IMG/VR virus record: IMGVR_UViG_3300002054_000021
Span: 141,864-205,863 of that record
DNA from: a virus
Lineage: Duplodnaviria > Heunggongvirae > Uroviricota > Caudoviricetes
Reading direction: 5' to 3' (one strand)
Length of the DNA: 64,000 nt
Part shown: positions 1-8,862 of the stretch, piece after piece
How positions within the stretch are numbered: position 1 is the stretch's first letter
Layout of the letters: each line of letters opens with the position of its first letter
Program-made: the position numbers and the translations under genes
Notes under the pieces: generated by a model
Told to the model about the DNA's origin: nothing
The model's database searches: none
Seen by the model: only the letters and a program-made list of their open reading frames with translations

Positions 1-21
1 AGGTCAGAAAGTCAATAAATA

Positions 22-297
22 ATGAGAGAACTTTGCATCATATCCGAATCAACAACACCCAGAGATATAGAGATGATCTTTGGCCCTTGTGAATCAACAG
101 ATGAATTTATTCCTATAACAGCCTTTAGAGATATGGCGGATATTTGGGTTTATGCAGGATTTTTTCCTAGTAGAGGTCAAGCCAATAAAAACAATCACGG
201 CGGCGATATACCTAAAGGATTTACAGACATAATAAAATTAAAGCGCGGTGTTCGTGTAACTATATGGGATTGTGAAGATCTTAACGATGATGAATAA
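22..297 (+). CDS. hypothetical protein, possible S4-like RNA-binding fragment
   Basis: ORF track; the GFFPSRGQANKN segment resembles S4-like helices. Confidence 0.45.
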   Translation: MRELCIISESTTPRDIEMIFGPCESTDEFIPITAFRDMADIWVYAGFFPSRGQANKNNHGGDIPKGFTDIIKLKRGVRVTIWDCEDLNDDE

Positions 298-312
298 TTT
301 TTATTTTTCTTG

Positions 313-341
313 TTGACTCTATTTTTATTATTTGTTATTCA
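313..341 (+). promoter_or_regulatory. sigma70-like promoter lacking -7T
   Basis: TTGACT-17bp-TATTCA with a T-rich upstream tract; the -35 box overlaps GACTC. Confidence 0.65.
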
Positions 342-483
342 ATAATCATCACCTAGACTTCGAGAGCTAGTGATATTTGCTAGACCGCAGATAGGCGGGG
401 TAGGCTTGGACGGTCTAATAGCGAGAGTCGTGAGACCAACTTGCTTTTGTTCAAGTCGCCCCAAATCTGCAAAAGGGAAAATT

Positions 484-627
484 ATGTCTGATAAAAATCT
501 TACAGGTCAAACCGTTCACTGTTTGGAGTGTGACGACACGTATCCAGAACAAACCAACCCCGTTAAATCATGCCCGACGTGTGGCAATACTGATATGATG
601 CAAACAGTTTACTTACAGGAAGAGTAA
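484..627 (+). CDS. small zinc-ribbon protein
   Basis: ATG 484 follows AAAAGGG; contains CLEC...CPTC; in frame with ORF 370..627. Confidence 0.7.
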   Translation: MSDKNLTGQTVHCLECDDTYPEQTNPVKSCPTCGNTDMMQTVYLQEE

Positions 628-986
628 TGAAGTTTGTAGCAACAATAACATGCCCTTATTACGGTGATGTCGAATCATTTTGTAATGGCAATTATTTTGA
701 TGATGAAGAAGAGTTTAAAAGAATTCACGCTCAATCTGGTTACAGTCACTATCATTTAAATGTGAAGAAAATAAAAGCAGTCGTAACGGAAGATATTCCT
801 ATAAGATACAATCTAACAATGAAGAACGGAAATACGTGTTTTTCATTGGGTTGGGACGACCAAGGAACATCGGTTGGAGGACTTTTTGTTAACGTCCCAA
901 AAGAAGTTAGGGATAAGGCTATGGAGATAGCCAAAAAAGAATATAAGAGGGATGATTTATTTTGGGTTGAAGAATACGTCGTTTAA
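627..986 (+). CDS. hypothetical protein
   Basis: ORF track; TAATG-coupled to the upstream gene. Confidence 0.75.
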   Translation: MKFVATITCPYYGDVESFCNGNYFDDEEEFKRIHAQSGYSHYHLNVKKIKAVVTEDIPIRYNLTMKNGNTCFSLGWDDQGTSVGGLFVNVPKEVRDKAMEIAKKEYKRDDLFWVEEYVV

Positions 987-987
987 T

Positions 988-1059
988 TTCGCATCTTCAT
1001 ACGTACAAGATCGCATCTTCATATATTTATATATGTTATTATTTCGCATCTTCATACGT
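988..1059 (+). repeat. TTCGCATCTTCATA(CGT) repeat cluster 1 (3 copies)
   Basis: Copies at 988, 1011 and 1043, read directly. Confidence 0.9.
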
Positions 1060-1265
1060 ATGTCTGTATTTACCTTTTCGGGGTATAGACTTTGATCTAT
1101 CTTGGATCACGCGAGTTCGCTGCGTACCTACGACACGGCTCTTAGCATATGGGTTTCTTTTACTCGACATAACTTTACTGTATACACCTATAAACATTAT
1201 TTGTCAAGTTTTGTTTTTTTATTTTTTTATATTGACAACAATGAATCAATATCTTATCAATAATA

Positions 1266-1332
1266 GAACGCAAGTTTCCGTCACCAAGGAAGCGTTATGG
1301 CGCTATCGTAGCAAGTCTAAGAGCTTGCGTTC
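1266..1332 (+). promoter_or_regulatory. structured 5' leader (multibranch)
   Basis: Closing stem GAACGCAAGTT/AGCTTGCGTTC with internal hairpins, lying between promoter 1232 and the SD of gene 1353. Confidence 0.55.
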
Positions 1333-1352
1333 AAATTAAAAGGGAAAAAGAT

Positions 1353-1724
1353 ATGGCTAACTATTGTTCAAATGATATTGAGGTTAGAGGTGAAAACGTT
1401 TTAGCTGTCGCTGAATATATTCGTGACGGTCAAACATTAATTTCATTTCAAAAAATTATGCCGCGTGACGAAAGTAAAATGCCGAAAGAAGGTGAGTTTT
1501 TTCAGAACAGTGAGCAACGTGAAGAAACATACAAATGGGGCGTAGGGGCAGAACCTACAGATATATACTTACATGATTTGAATGATTCTTACATGTGCAT
1601 ATGCTTTGAAACACGATGGACATACCCCGACAAAATTATTGATGCACTAAGGGAAAAGTTTAAAAACAATACATTTAAATTATCTTATCATGAGCCTAAC
1701 GAAGGCCTTAAAGGGGTTTATTAA
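1353..1724 (+). CDS. DUF1281/YubB ferredoxin-like family protein
   Basis: MANYCSN N-terminus, KWG and FETRWTYP motifs; paralogue of 2104..2547. Confidence 0.65.
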   Translation: MANYCSNDIEVRGENVLAVAEYIRDGQTLISFQKIMPRDESKMPKEGEFFQNSEQREETYKWGVGAEPTDIYLHDLNDSYMCICFETRWTYPDKIIDALREKFKNNTFKLSYHEPNEGLKGVY

Positions 1725-1807
1725 ATGGGAATTATAGACCTGCTTTTAATTGTTGTTATATTCTGGGGATTAATTATGATGTACAAAATAAATAATCCGA
1801 GACGATA

Positions 1808-2029
1808 ATGAAACCTCAATGCGCATTTCGTTTAATACCCTCATTTTACATTTCTAAAATGGAGAGAGGCATATGGATCTATATTTTTTCATACAAATTT
1901 AAAATTCCTTTGCCTTGGTTACCCGTCATTGTAGGTTTCGGTCCTTTATGGGGGCAAGATGAAATGCCCTATACGGAGTGGAAGCCAAGAAAGGCTATAT
2001 GGTGTCCGCATAGACAAGAATTCATATAA
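1808..2029 (+). CDS. hypothetical protein
   Basis: ORF track. Confidence 0.55.
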   Translation: MKPQCAFRLIPSFYISKMERGIWIYIFSYKFKIPLPWLPVIVGFGPLWGQDEMPYTEWKPRKAIWCPHRQEFI

Positions 2030-2103
2030 TTTATTTTTCTTGTTGACAGTCATATAAAAATGTTTATAACGGGAATCAACAAAACAGAAAAGGGTTAAAG
2101 ATT

Positions 2104-2547
2104 ATGCCAAATTGGTGCCAAAATGAATTAACGATATCTTGCGACACGGAAGAAGAGTTAAATAAAATTCTTGAGCTTGTGAAGAGTGAAGATACTCCGC
2201 TTGATTTCGATAAAATTATTCCATACCCAAAAGAATTTTCCGATATGGATAAAATAGCTTCCGACTGGGAAAAGAATCGCACAACAGAATCTTACGCAAA
2301 TAAACCTAAAGATGGTTTTAATAGTGGCGGTTATGAATGGTGTTGCGAAAATTGGGGCACAAAATGGAACGCATGTATTGATGAAGGTGTTGATTGGGAT
2401 GTTGACGGAGATTATGCAATTATTCATTTTAACACCGCTTGGGCACCGCCTGAACCTATTATTGCTAAATTGCGGGAAAAATTCCCTGATGCGAATTTCA
2501 ACGGATTTTACCGTGAAGACGGTATGCAGATTTGCGGTTACTTTTAA
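2104..2547 (+). CDS. DUF1281/YubB ferredoxin-like family protein
   Basis: MPNWCQN, NWGTKWNA and FNTAWAPP motifs. Confidence 0.8.
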   Translation: MPNWCQNELTISCDTEEELNKILELVKSEDTPLDFDKIIPYPKEFSDMDKIASDWEKNRTTESYANKPKDGFNSGGYEWCCENWGTKWNACIDEGVDWDVDGDYAIIHFNTAWAPPEPIIAKLREKFPDANFNGFYREDGMQICGYF

Positions 2548-2589
2548 CCGTTAAATAAAAACATCTATTTTTAAAAAGAGGAAAATATC

Positions 2590-3096
2590 ATGGGTTACAC
2601 GACAGATTTTGAAGGTGAGTTTAAATTAGACAAACCACTAACCGACGAGCATGCGGCATACCTTAGGGCTTTTGCAGACACGCGGCGCATGAAGCGTAAT
2701 GCAAGTATCAGCGAGACTGTAGAAGATAAAGTTAGAACTGATGCAGGGCTTCCCATTGGAGTTGAGGGCGGCTACTTTGTTAATGCAGATGGTTTCAAAG
2801 GGCAGGACAGAGATTCATCTGTATTAGATGGAAACCGTCCGCCGTCTGGACAACCTAGCTTATGGTGTCAATGGGTTCCTAATGATGATGGAACGGCTAT
2901 TGAGTGGGATTGCGGTGAAAAGTTTTATGAGTATGTCCCTTGGATTAAATACATCGTAGAGCACTTTATTAAACCTTGGGGATATATTCTTAACGGTGAA
3001 GTGGAATGGAGCGGCGAAGAAAGCACAGACTTAGGTAAAATTGTCATTAAAGATAATGTCGTTACTGAAAAGTTAGGAACGGTAACTTACGGATAA
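2590..3096 (+). CDS. conserved phage hypothetical protein
   Basis: ORF with SD AGAGGA; MGYTTDFEGEF...WCQW...GEKFY pattern. Confidence 0.75.
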   Translation: MGYTTDFEGEFKLDKPLTDEHAAYLRAFADTRRMKRNASISETVEDKVRTDAGLPIGVEGGYFVNADGFKGQDRDSSVLDGNRPPSGQPSLWCQWVPNDDGTAIEWDCGEKFYEYVPWIKYIVEHFIKPWGYILNGEVEWSGEESTDLGKIVIKDNVVTEKLGTVTYG

Positions 3097-3299
3097 TTTT
3101 TATATACGTTAAAATTTAACAAGGATAGGTCAATGATTGAAAGTGATGAAATAGTTAAAGAGCTTGCAGAGGCTTTTGATGATGACTTGTCCTTAGTTAA
3201 TTTCTTTAATGCAAGATTGGTTGCAAGGATTAGGAGAACTGCTTACGCGCTAAAAGATGGAGCTATACCGCCTAAAGAAAATTAAATTTATTTTTCTTA

Positions 3300-3328
3300 T
3301 TGACTCTTAGTTTTTGGTTTCGTATAAG
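3300..3328 (+). promoter_or_regulatory. sigma70-like promoter lacking -7T
   Basis: TTGACT-17-TATAAG; GACTC in the -35 box and GAATC near +1. Confidence 0.7.
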
Positions 3329-3357
3329 GAATCAACAAAACAAAAAGGGTTAATCAA

Positions 3358-4002
3358 ATGAAGTATCTACGGATCATTCAAACAGAGTGCCAAGTAAGTG
3401 GCGGTATGGGCTGGGCTATAAAAGGCGCTGATATAGACCATCATGATTTTGCGGCGTCATTTCCTGATGATATGCGGTTAATTGCACACGATATTGTCGA
3501 GCACCCTAGCTTAGTTAATATAGGCTCTGTAGAGGACGAATTAGAGGCTTTAGGGGGTGCATGGAACACGCGCGGCAAATGGGGCGACTCTGTAACAGAT
3601 GAAGGCATTGCGGGAGACGTAGGAAATATGTTTAGTCAGTGTCCTGCAGGAGAGTTGAAGAAGGCCCCTAAAACGCGCGGGTTTTATGATGAAGACTTAT
3701 TTAAAATGATTATTAAGTTAGCTAAGAAGTATGCAAAGGATATGTGCGGATATACAAAACAAGCTTGGAAGAAATTTAAAAAGCAAGCTTTGCGGTGGAT
3801 GGGTTTAGGTTATGTTAAATCAGTCAAACGCTTTGGTGATCGATTCGTCAGTAATAATTTATTCAATTCAATAAAAGAAGAATTAGAAAGAGTTGTTCAA
3901 TACGCAATGCCTTATGAAGAGGTTAGTTTAGGCTACTCTTTCAAGAATGGTAGAGTAAAGGTTAGAGCCAGAATCTTTAACCCTTACGAGAATGAGTATT
4001 GA
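3358..4002 (+). CDS. hypothetical protein
   Basis: ORF track, SD AAAGGG. Confidence 0.75.
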   Translation: MKYLRIIQTECQVSGGMGWAIKGADIDHHDFAASFPDDMRLIAHDIVEHPSLVNIGSVEDELEALGGAWNTRGKWGDSVTDEGIAGDVGNMFSQCPAGELKKAPKTRGFYDEDLFKMIIKLAKKYAKDMCGYTKQAWKKFKKQALRWMGLGYVKSVKRFGDRFVSNNLFNSIKEELERVVQYAMPYEEVSLGYSFKNGRVKVRARIFNPYENEY

Positions 4003-4033
4003 CTTTTATTTATCAGTTGGATATACAATAATC

Positions 4034-4237
4034 ATGTCATTTCAAATAACATTCAAGACACGTCGTGCCGCAAGGGTTGGATTAACCGCCATGAAGCAGA
4101 GAAGGGCGTATTATGAATCAGAGGCTTGCAAGTTTAGAGACCTGCCTCACCAAGCAGAATACGTCGCGCAATGCCACGCAGTAATTGACGAGATTGACGA
4201 GACAATAAATGATTTTCAATCAAAAGGATTTCATTAA
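4034..4237 (+). CDS. hypothetical protein
   Basis: In-frame ATG 4034 just after promoter 3999. Confidence 0.6.
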   Translation: MSFQITFKTRRAARVGLTAMKQRRAYYESEACKFRDLPHQAEYVAQCHAVIDEIDETINDFQSKGFH

Positions 4238-4274
4238 AAAGTGAAATAATTATGACTACTCTAAAGGAAAAGAC

Positions 4275-4940
4275 ATGAAAAATTTAGTTGCAATGAATAG
4301 AATATCCTTTCCAGAATTTTCTGGAGTTATAGTCAATATGATGCCTTTTATTATGGGTGATAATAACACGCTACCAGACAGTATAAAAACATATGGAAAA
4401 ATTATTGATAGTTGCAATCTTCCTGATAGTGAAATTGGTAAGGTTGGTTATTTGACAGTAACAGAATCCATTGTCAGTGAAAACGAATCACAGAGGCGCG
4501 GCGGTGTTCATACGGAAGGCTTTAGCGGTGTTGGATGGGGTACTGGATGGGGTACTGGATGGGGCAGAGGTAAAACAAAGCAATCATTCGGAGGCTCTAC
4601 ATTTGGTGCAAGTAATGGTTATGATTTAGATGGTGGTCTATACATGGCAAACTCTATAGATGACACTTGCCAAGCTTGGGATATGCACGTTAAAGAAACT
4701 GGACATTTAGGCTGTCTCGCTCATTTAGGGTTGAAAGATGGTCATAAGATGGAAAAGAATCGGTTATACTGGATGCATGACAGAACCCCACATGAAGCGC
4801 TTCCCTTTGCAGGTGGTAAACGTCAATTTTTCAGGCTTGTTACTTCGGATGTTAGCGTTTGGTATGATAAGCATAATACTCCAAATCCACTAGGGGTTAA
4901 GCCTGCCTGTAAAATAATTTCATCTAATAAATTTCAATGA
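4275..4940 (+). CDS. putative 2OG-Fe(II) oxygenase-fold protein with GWGT repeats
   Basis: HTEG...HEALP...RQFFRL pattern; 12-bp tandem repeat at 4532-4567. Confidence 0.5.
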   Translation: MKNLVAMNRISFPEFSGVIVNMMPFIMGDNNTLPDSIKTYGKIIDSCNLPDSEIGKVGYLTVTESIVSENESQRRGGVHTEGFSGVGWGTGWGTGWGRGKTKQSFGGSTFGASNGYDLDGGLYMANSIDDTCQAWDMHVKETGHLGCLAHLGLKDGHKMEKNRLYWMHDRTPHEALPFAGGKRQFFRLVTSDVSVWYDKHNTPNPLGVKPACKIISSNKFQ

Positions 4941-5347
4941 ACTTTAACTACGCAGGAAATAGAGGATTCGGAATGTCTTACGCTATAGGTGGCTTAGGCA
5001 TGGTTGGCGGATTTTTGGGTCAGATGGCGAATCGATCTCGCGGTTACAAAATAAATGAATATGGAAATATTTCTTATTTCAGACCTATAGGCCCGATTAC
5101 AAAAGAAGAGCACGACTCTATAGAATTAGTTAAGAGAGCAAAAGCTTTTCGCAAGATCGAAGCTAAGCACTACTCTAAGCCGTTCTCATATCCGCCCCAT
5201 CCAGAGGAGACGCGACAACAAAGACGTGCGAGAGAAAGGCTTGAGGCAAAAATGGATTCAGGTCAATATCATAATCAGTCACAAAAGGGAATAAGAACCT
5301 TGACAAAATATGATAGATTTGGCAAAGTGATTAAGAAGGCTAGATGA
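4937..5347 (+). CDS. hypothetical basic protein
   Basis: ORF overlaps the upstream stop (ATGA). Confidence 0.65.
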   Translation: MNFNYAGNRGFGMSYAIGGLGMVGGFLGQMANRSRGYKINEYGNISYFRPIGPITKEEHDSIELVKRAKAFRKIEAKHYSKPFSYPPHPEETRQQRRARERLEAKMDSGQYHNQSQKGIRTLTKYDRFGKVIKKAR

Positions 5348-5510
5348 TAGCCGCCTAATAGAGAATCAAGGAGATTTGATTATGCGCTAGAGAAACGCGA
5401 AGGCGATACTGAGGAACCTTGCCGCAAGGTAATAGTGGGTGACCTCTAACACAATGTTTTAAATTCCGCGAGGTCGGCTCTTAAGTAACAGAGCGCGGCC
5501 TCATTTGTTT

Positions 5511-5835
5511 TTCGCATCTTTGTCCGTGCGCAAATTATTTTATTTTTGTTGTTGACTCTAAAATTCAGATGTGCTTTAAAGTCTTTACAGACTATTTTCC
5601 GAAAGGGTGTCCGAGAAGTTACAGGTGCATATCAGAGGTCATTAGACGTAATGAATTAGGTATGCATATCAGAGGAAGACGGAGCCTTAGTTGGCAGACG
5701 AGCGCAGGTATAAGGTAACTTAATCCTGTCCCTTTCGGAAAATAGTTTTTATGACCGCCTATTTTACCAGATTAACGTCACTTGGTATGTGGCGAGGGGG
5801 TCTCCAAAATTCGCATCTTCATACGTGCGCAAATT
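5511..5835 (+). repeat. TTCGCATCTT repeat cluster 2 (2 copies flanking a candidate ncRNA unit)
   Basis: Copies at 5511 and 5810, both followed by (C/T)CGTGCGCAAATT. Confidence 0.85.
5591..5750 (+). ncRNA. candidate small RNA with 17-bp terminal stem and internal direct repeats
   Basis: ACTATTTTCCGAAAGGG/CCCTTTCGGAAAATAGT followed by a T-run; TGCATATCAGAGG twice (5626, 5663); upstream TTGACT at 5552. Confidence 0.6.
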
Positions 5836-5853
5836 TTTATAAAGGGAATAATT

Positions 5854-6033
5854 ATGTCTGTTAATGTGACAAGGCCGATCAATGGAATATCTATTAACGG
5901 CAATGAGTTTTTACTGGACGATTCTGGCGATCCTATGATTTTTGATAATCAAGAAAGCACTAAATCCTTTCTAATGGAAAATGGTATAGATAAAGATGAT
6001 TTAGATTGTTTTAATTATCCCGAACATAAATAA
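5854..6033 (+). CDS. hypothetical protein
   Basis: ATG 5854 with SD AAAGGG, in frame with ORF 5782..6033. Confidence 0.65.
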   Translation: MSVNVTRPINGISINGNEFLLDDSGDPMIFDNQESTKSFLMENGIDKDDLDCFNYPEHK

Positions 6034-6104
6034 TTTATTTTTCCTGTTGACTCCCTAATTCTTTTGTGCAAGTTATGACTTAACAAAACGAAAAGGGAAT
6101 CGAC

Positions 6105-6668
6105 ATGCAACAATTTAATCCTGCAATACACCAGACAGTAACCATCGGTTATTGGGCAGACGAGCCATATGATAGCTCATTCTATCCTATAGCTTCATTT
6201 AATACTCACATGGTGTCAATGTTATTAGATACATATACGTCAATGGTTAAAGAGTGCTATAAGACCGCAAAGCGCGACATTGGAGACAATGTTGTTATGC
6301 TTGCACATCATGACTTAGAAAACAAAATCAATCCTGATATCGATTCTCGCAATGAGATTGAATTGACATTTGATGATTTGCCACCCTTAAACCTATCTAA
6401 AGCAGATTGCGAAATGCTTGTCGCTAGGCTTGATGAATATCCGCACCCAGATGATGATGAATGGGCACGTTATCACCTTGAGTCTGGAGAGCATATAGAT
6501 TGTAATTTTTACTTAAAGGAAAATAATGACGGCTCTTTTGAGCAGACCATAACAGCATATCGAGTCGTTGATAACGAGACTTTGACTACTAAAGATGAAG
6601 ATATGTTCAAAGTTAAATTCAAATTAAATCAAGATGGAAAAACTTACACTGTTTTGGGGTTTGACTAA
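6105..6668 (+). CDS. hypothetical protein
   Basis: ORF track, own promoter and SD. Confidence 0.75.
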   Translation: MQQFNPAIHQTVTIGYWADEPYDSSFYPIASFNTHMVSMLLDTYTSMVKECYKTAKRDIGDNVVMLAHHDLENKINPDIDSRNEIELTFDDLPPLNLSKADCEMLVARLDEYPHPDDDEWARYHLESGEHIDCNFYLKENNDGSFEQTITAYRVVDNETLTTKDEDMFKVKFKLNQDGKTYTVLGFD

Positions 6669-7102
6669 TGTCTCAATATGCTGATATGACAGAGTCCGAA
6701 ATACTTGATGTTATCGGCCATACTCATGAGCGTTGTGAGTGGTGCGGAACAACAAGTTCTTTCAAAGATATACAAGCGTCTAGCGATGAAGGTGAGTGCC
6801 CTAGTTGCGGACGCCAAGAGGATTTGACGCCGATATTAAAGCCAGAGACAGAAACTCCTAAAAAGGTTACTAGGGGCGATGTAACGGATGATATTTGCGA
6901 GTTCTATATTAGCGGCAATGTGACAGGCGGCGATGAACCTAATACGGACTATCATGCTTGCATTTGGCGTGACACAGAAACAGGCGAAATCATGGGTCAT
7001 ATGTCAAACGGACATTTTGACAACACAGAAAGAACGCGGGACATTCCGCAACAGTCAGCAAGAAAAGCTTATCTTTGGGCTTGGAGTCAATACTATGCCT
7101 AA
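6668..7102 (+). CDS. zinc-finger-containing hypothetical protein
   Basis: CEWC...CPSC. Confidence 0.65.
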   Translation: MSQYADMTESEILDVIGHTHERCEWCGTTSSFKDIQASSDEGECPSCGRQEDLTPILKPETETPKKVTRGDVTDDICEFYISGNVTGGDEPNTDYHACIWRDTETGEIMGHMSNGHFDNTERTRDIPQQSARKAYLWAWSQYYA

Positions 7103-7337
7103 GCTTCCAGATGAATATATAAATGAGTATGATGAATTTTACATCACGCAACACAACAATCCAGAAGATAAGGACGCTAAGCCTTACGTGTTTATAACTG
7201 GCGGAGAAGATATCTTAGACGCTGACGAAGACGCTAAGTTATTGATGAAGGTTCCTGCAAAGGTCTTATTAGATGCCGCTGAGAAGTGGTCTTTGACTCA
7301 AGAATTATTTGATATGAATAAAAAGAAGCGGAAGTGA
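7095..7337 (+). CDS. hypothetical protein
   Basis: ATG 7095 with SD GGAG, in frame with ORF 6933..7337. Confidence 0.6.
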   Translation: MPKLPDEYINEYDEFYITQHNNPEDKDAKPYVFITGGEDILDADEDAKLLMKVPAKVLLDAAEKWSLTQELFDMNKKKRK

Positions 7338-7570
7338 TGAAAAACTGTAAAGATTGTGGCTACTATAAGCCCATATGCAAAGAAATGGCAGATTACTATG
7401 AAGTCAAGCAAGTTGGCGGATTGTGTCAGTATTCATCATATGACGGACTAGATAAAGAAGATTCCGATGATGTTGACTTGTTGGCTTATGCAAGTGATGA
7501 TAGCGGCCTTATGACTGATTTGCATGTAGGCCCTAATTTTGGTTGCGTTAAATTTATCGAGAAAAAATGA
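7334..7570 (+). CDS. small Cys-rich protein
   Basis: CKDC...C...FGC. Confidence 0.6.
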   Translation: MMKNCKDCGYYKPICKEMADYYEVKQVGGLCQYSSYDGLDKEDSDDVDLLAYASDDSGLMTDLHVGPNFGCVKFIEKK

Positions 7571-7626
7571 AATTAACACTTGACAATATATTCGATATTC
7601 ACTAAATATAATTATATTGAAATTGT

Positions 7627-7703
7627 CCGCGCTTAGCTCAGTTGGTAGAGCACTCAGTAGATTAACTGAGGGGTCTGAGTTTCGAGTCCTTGAGCGCGGA
7701 CCA
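7627..7703 (+). tRNA. atypical tRNA / tRNA-like RNA with 8-nt anticodon loop (undetermined isotype)
   Basis: Acceptor CCGCGCT/AGCGCGG-A-CCA; D arm GCTC/GAGC; stem CTCAG/CTGAG with loop TAGATTAA; T loop TTCGAGT with T53 mismatch. Confidence 0.75.
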
Positions 7704-7725
7704 AATTCAGTCTAAAGGGATTTAC

Positions 7726-8208
7726 ATGTCAAGACCATTTTTTGAAACTAGATACTGCCCGAAAGAAGAGGCAATAGCTATGATTGAGCAGGTTAATATA
7801 ACACCTGAATCAACAGTGCTTGAACCGAGCGCGGGAGAAGGTGGAATTTCTGATCTGATTTACATGCGAACAAATAACGTAACAGCTATTGAGCTTCACA
7901 AACCTCACTACGAGACATTAAAAGAAAAACCTTATCGGACGTTAAACAAAAACTTTCTACTTGTCACCGAGAAGGATATAGGGCTATTTTCACACATTGT
8001 TTCATGTCCACCATTTGATACGGTTAACCATTTAAACCATATGAGAAAATTATTAGAAAATAATGGCGTTCTTATAGCATTAGTTATGGGGAATCTTTTG
8101 AATGATTTTTGGTTAGACTATTACAAAGAATTGAATCTAGATTTTAAGGCACCAGATGGGAGAATGATAAAATGTGGTATCGTAAAATATTTACATGGCG
8201 TCAATTAG
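7726..8208 (+). CDS. SAM-dependent methyltransferase (amino-MTase-like, motif IV variant CPPF)
   Basis: Motif I VLEPSAGEGG; IVSCPPF. Confidence 0.7.
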   Translation: MSRPFFETRYCPKEEAIAMIEQVNITPESTVLEPSAGEGGISDLIYMRTNNVTAIELHKPHYETLKEKPYRTLNKNFLLVTEKDIGLFSHIVSCPPFDTVNHLNHMRKLLENNGVLIALVMGNLLNDFWLDYYKELNLDFKAPDGRMIKCGIVKYLHGVN

Positions 8209-8621
8209 GAGGTCTTAAAGAATGTCCTTATTTCAGAAGAACTATATTAAATTTTGGATTCTTTACAATTAGATTTCACAGGTGGTATGGAGATGACGAT
8301 AATCGCGCTTTACACTGTCATCCTTTCTCTTTTGTTACATTCGTTATCACAGGCGGCTATACAGATGTAAATGAAAGCGCTGACGATGTTGTTAGGGCAG
8401 GGTCTGTACGTTTTCGTAATGCTGAATATAGACATTCAGTAAGAGATGTTTTACCTAATACGCGAACCATTTTGATTACCACTAAAGCGTTTAGGCGTTG
8501 GGGTTTTTATGTAGATGGAAAGCTTATAAAGAGGGATAAATATTTTTCTGAATATGGACACCATCCTTGCGATGTTAACGATAAGGCAATAAGAATTAAT
8601 CCTGATGGAAAACGTATTTAA
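8172..8621 (+). CDS. cupin-like phage protein
   Basis: LHCHPFSFVTFVITGGYTD...H motif. Confidence 0.6.
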   Translation: MWYRKIFTWRQLGGLKECPYFRRTILNFGFFTIRFHRWYGDDDNRALHCHPFSFVTFVITGGYTDVNESADDVVRAGSVRFRNAEYRHSVRDVLPNTRTILITTKAFRRWGFYVDGKLIKRDKYFSEYGHHPCDVNDKAIRINPDGKRI

Positions 8622-8862
8622 TTTTGGTTGCATTAAATTTGTTGATAAGGTATAATTATTAGGCATGTTCGGGCCTACGGGTGGACTACAAGAAGGTATT
8701 TGCGGCACCTGAATAACACGAAAAAAAGTTATTCGAATAGCCGCTACTTTCATTTTGATCTGAATTATAATTCATATAAATATTAATATTATATGTAATT
8801 ATTATTCTTGACTTCCTCAATATTTATGTTATATTATTACAGTGTAATAAAGTAACTTATTT

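Noticed and set aside
370-483. N-terminal extension of ORF 370..627 from GTG (and similar extensions at 5782, 6933, 7690, 9860, 47751)
   Set aside because: The extensions overlap structured leaders, promoters or the tRNA, and better SD-ATG starts lie downstream.
5591-5746. Retron msr-msd (a1/a2 inverted repeats)
   Set aside because: There is no reverse transcriptase in the window and no clear branching G or msd stem.
7627-7703. Ochre suppressor explaining the TAA at 32971
   Set aside because: Counting from either stem gives GAT or ATT, not TTA, so the link is unsupported.
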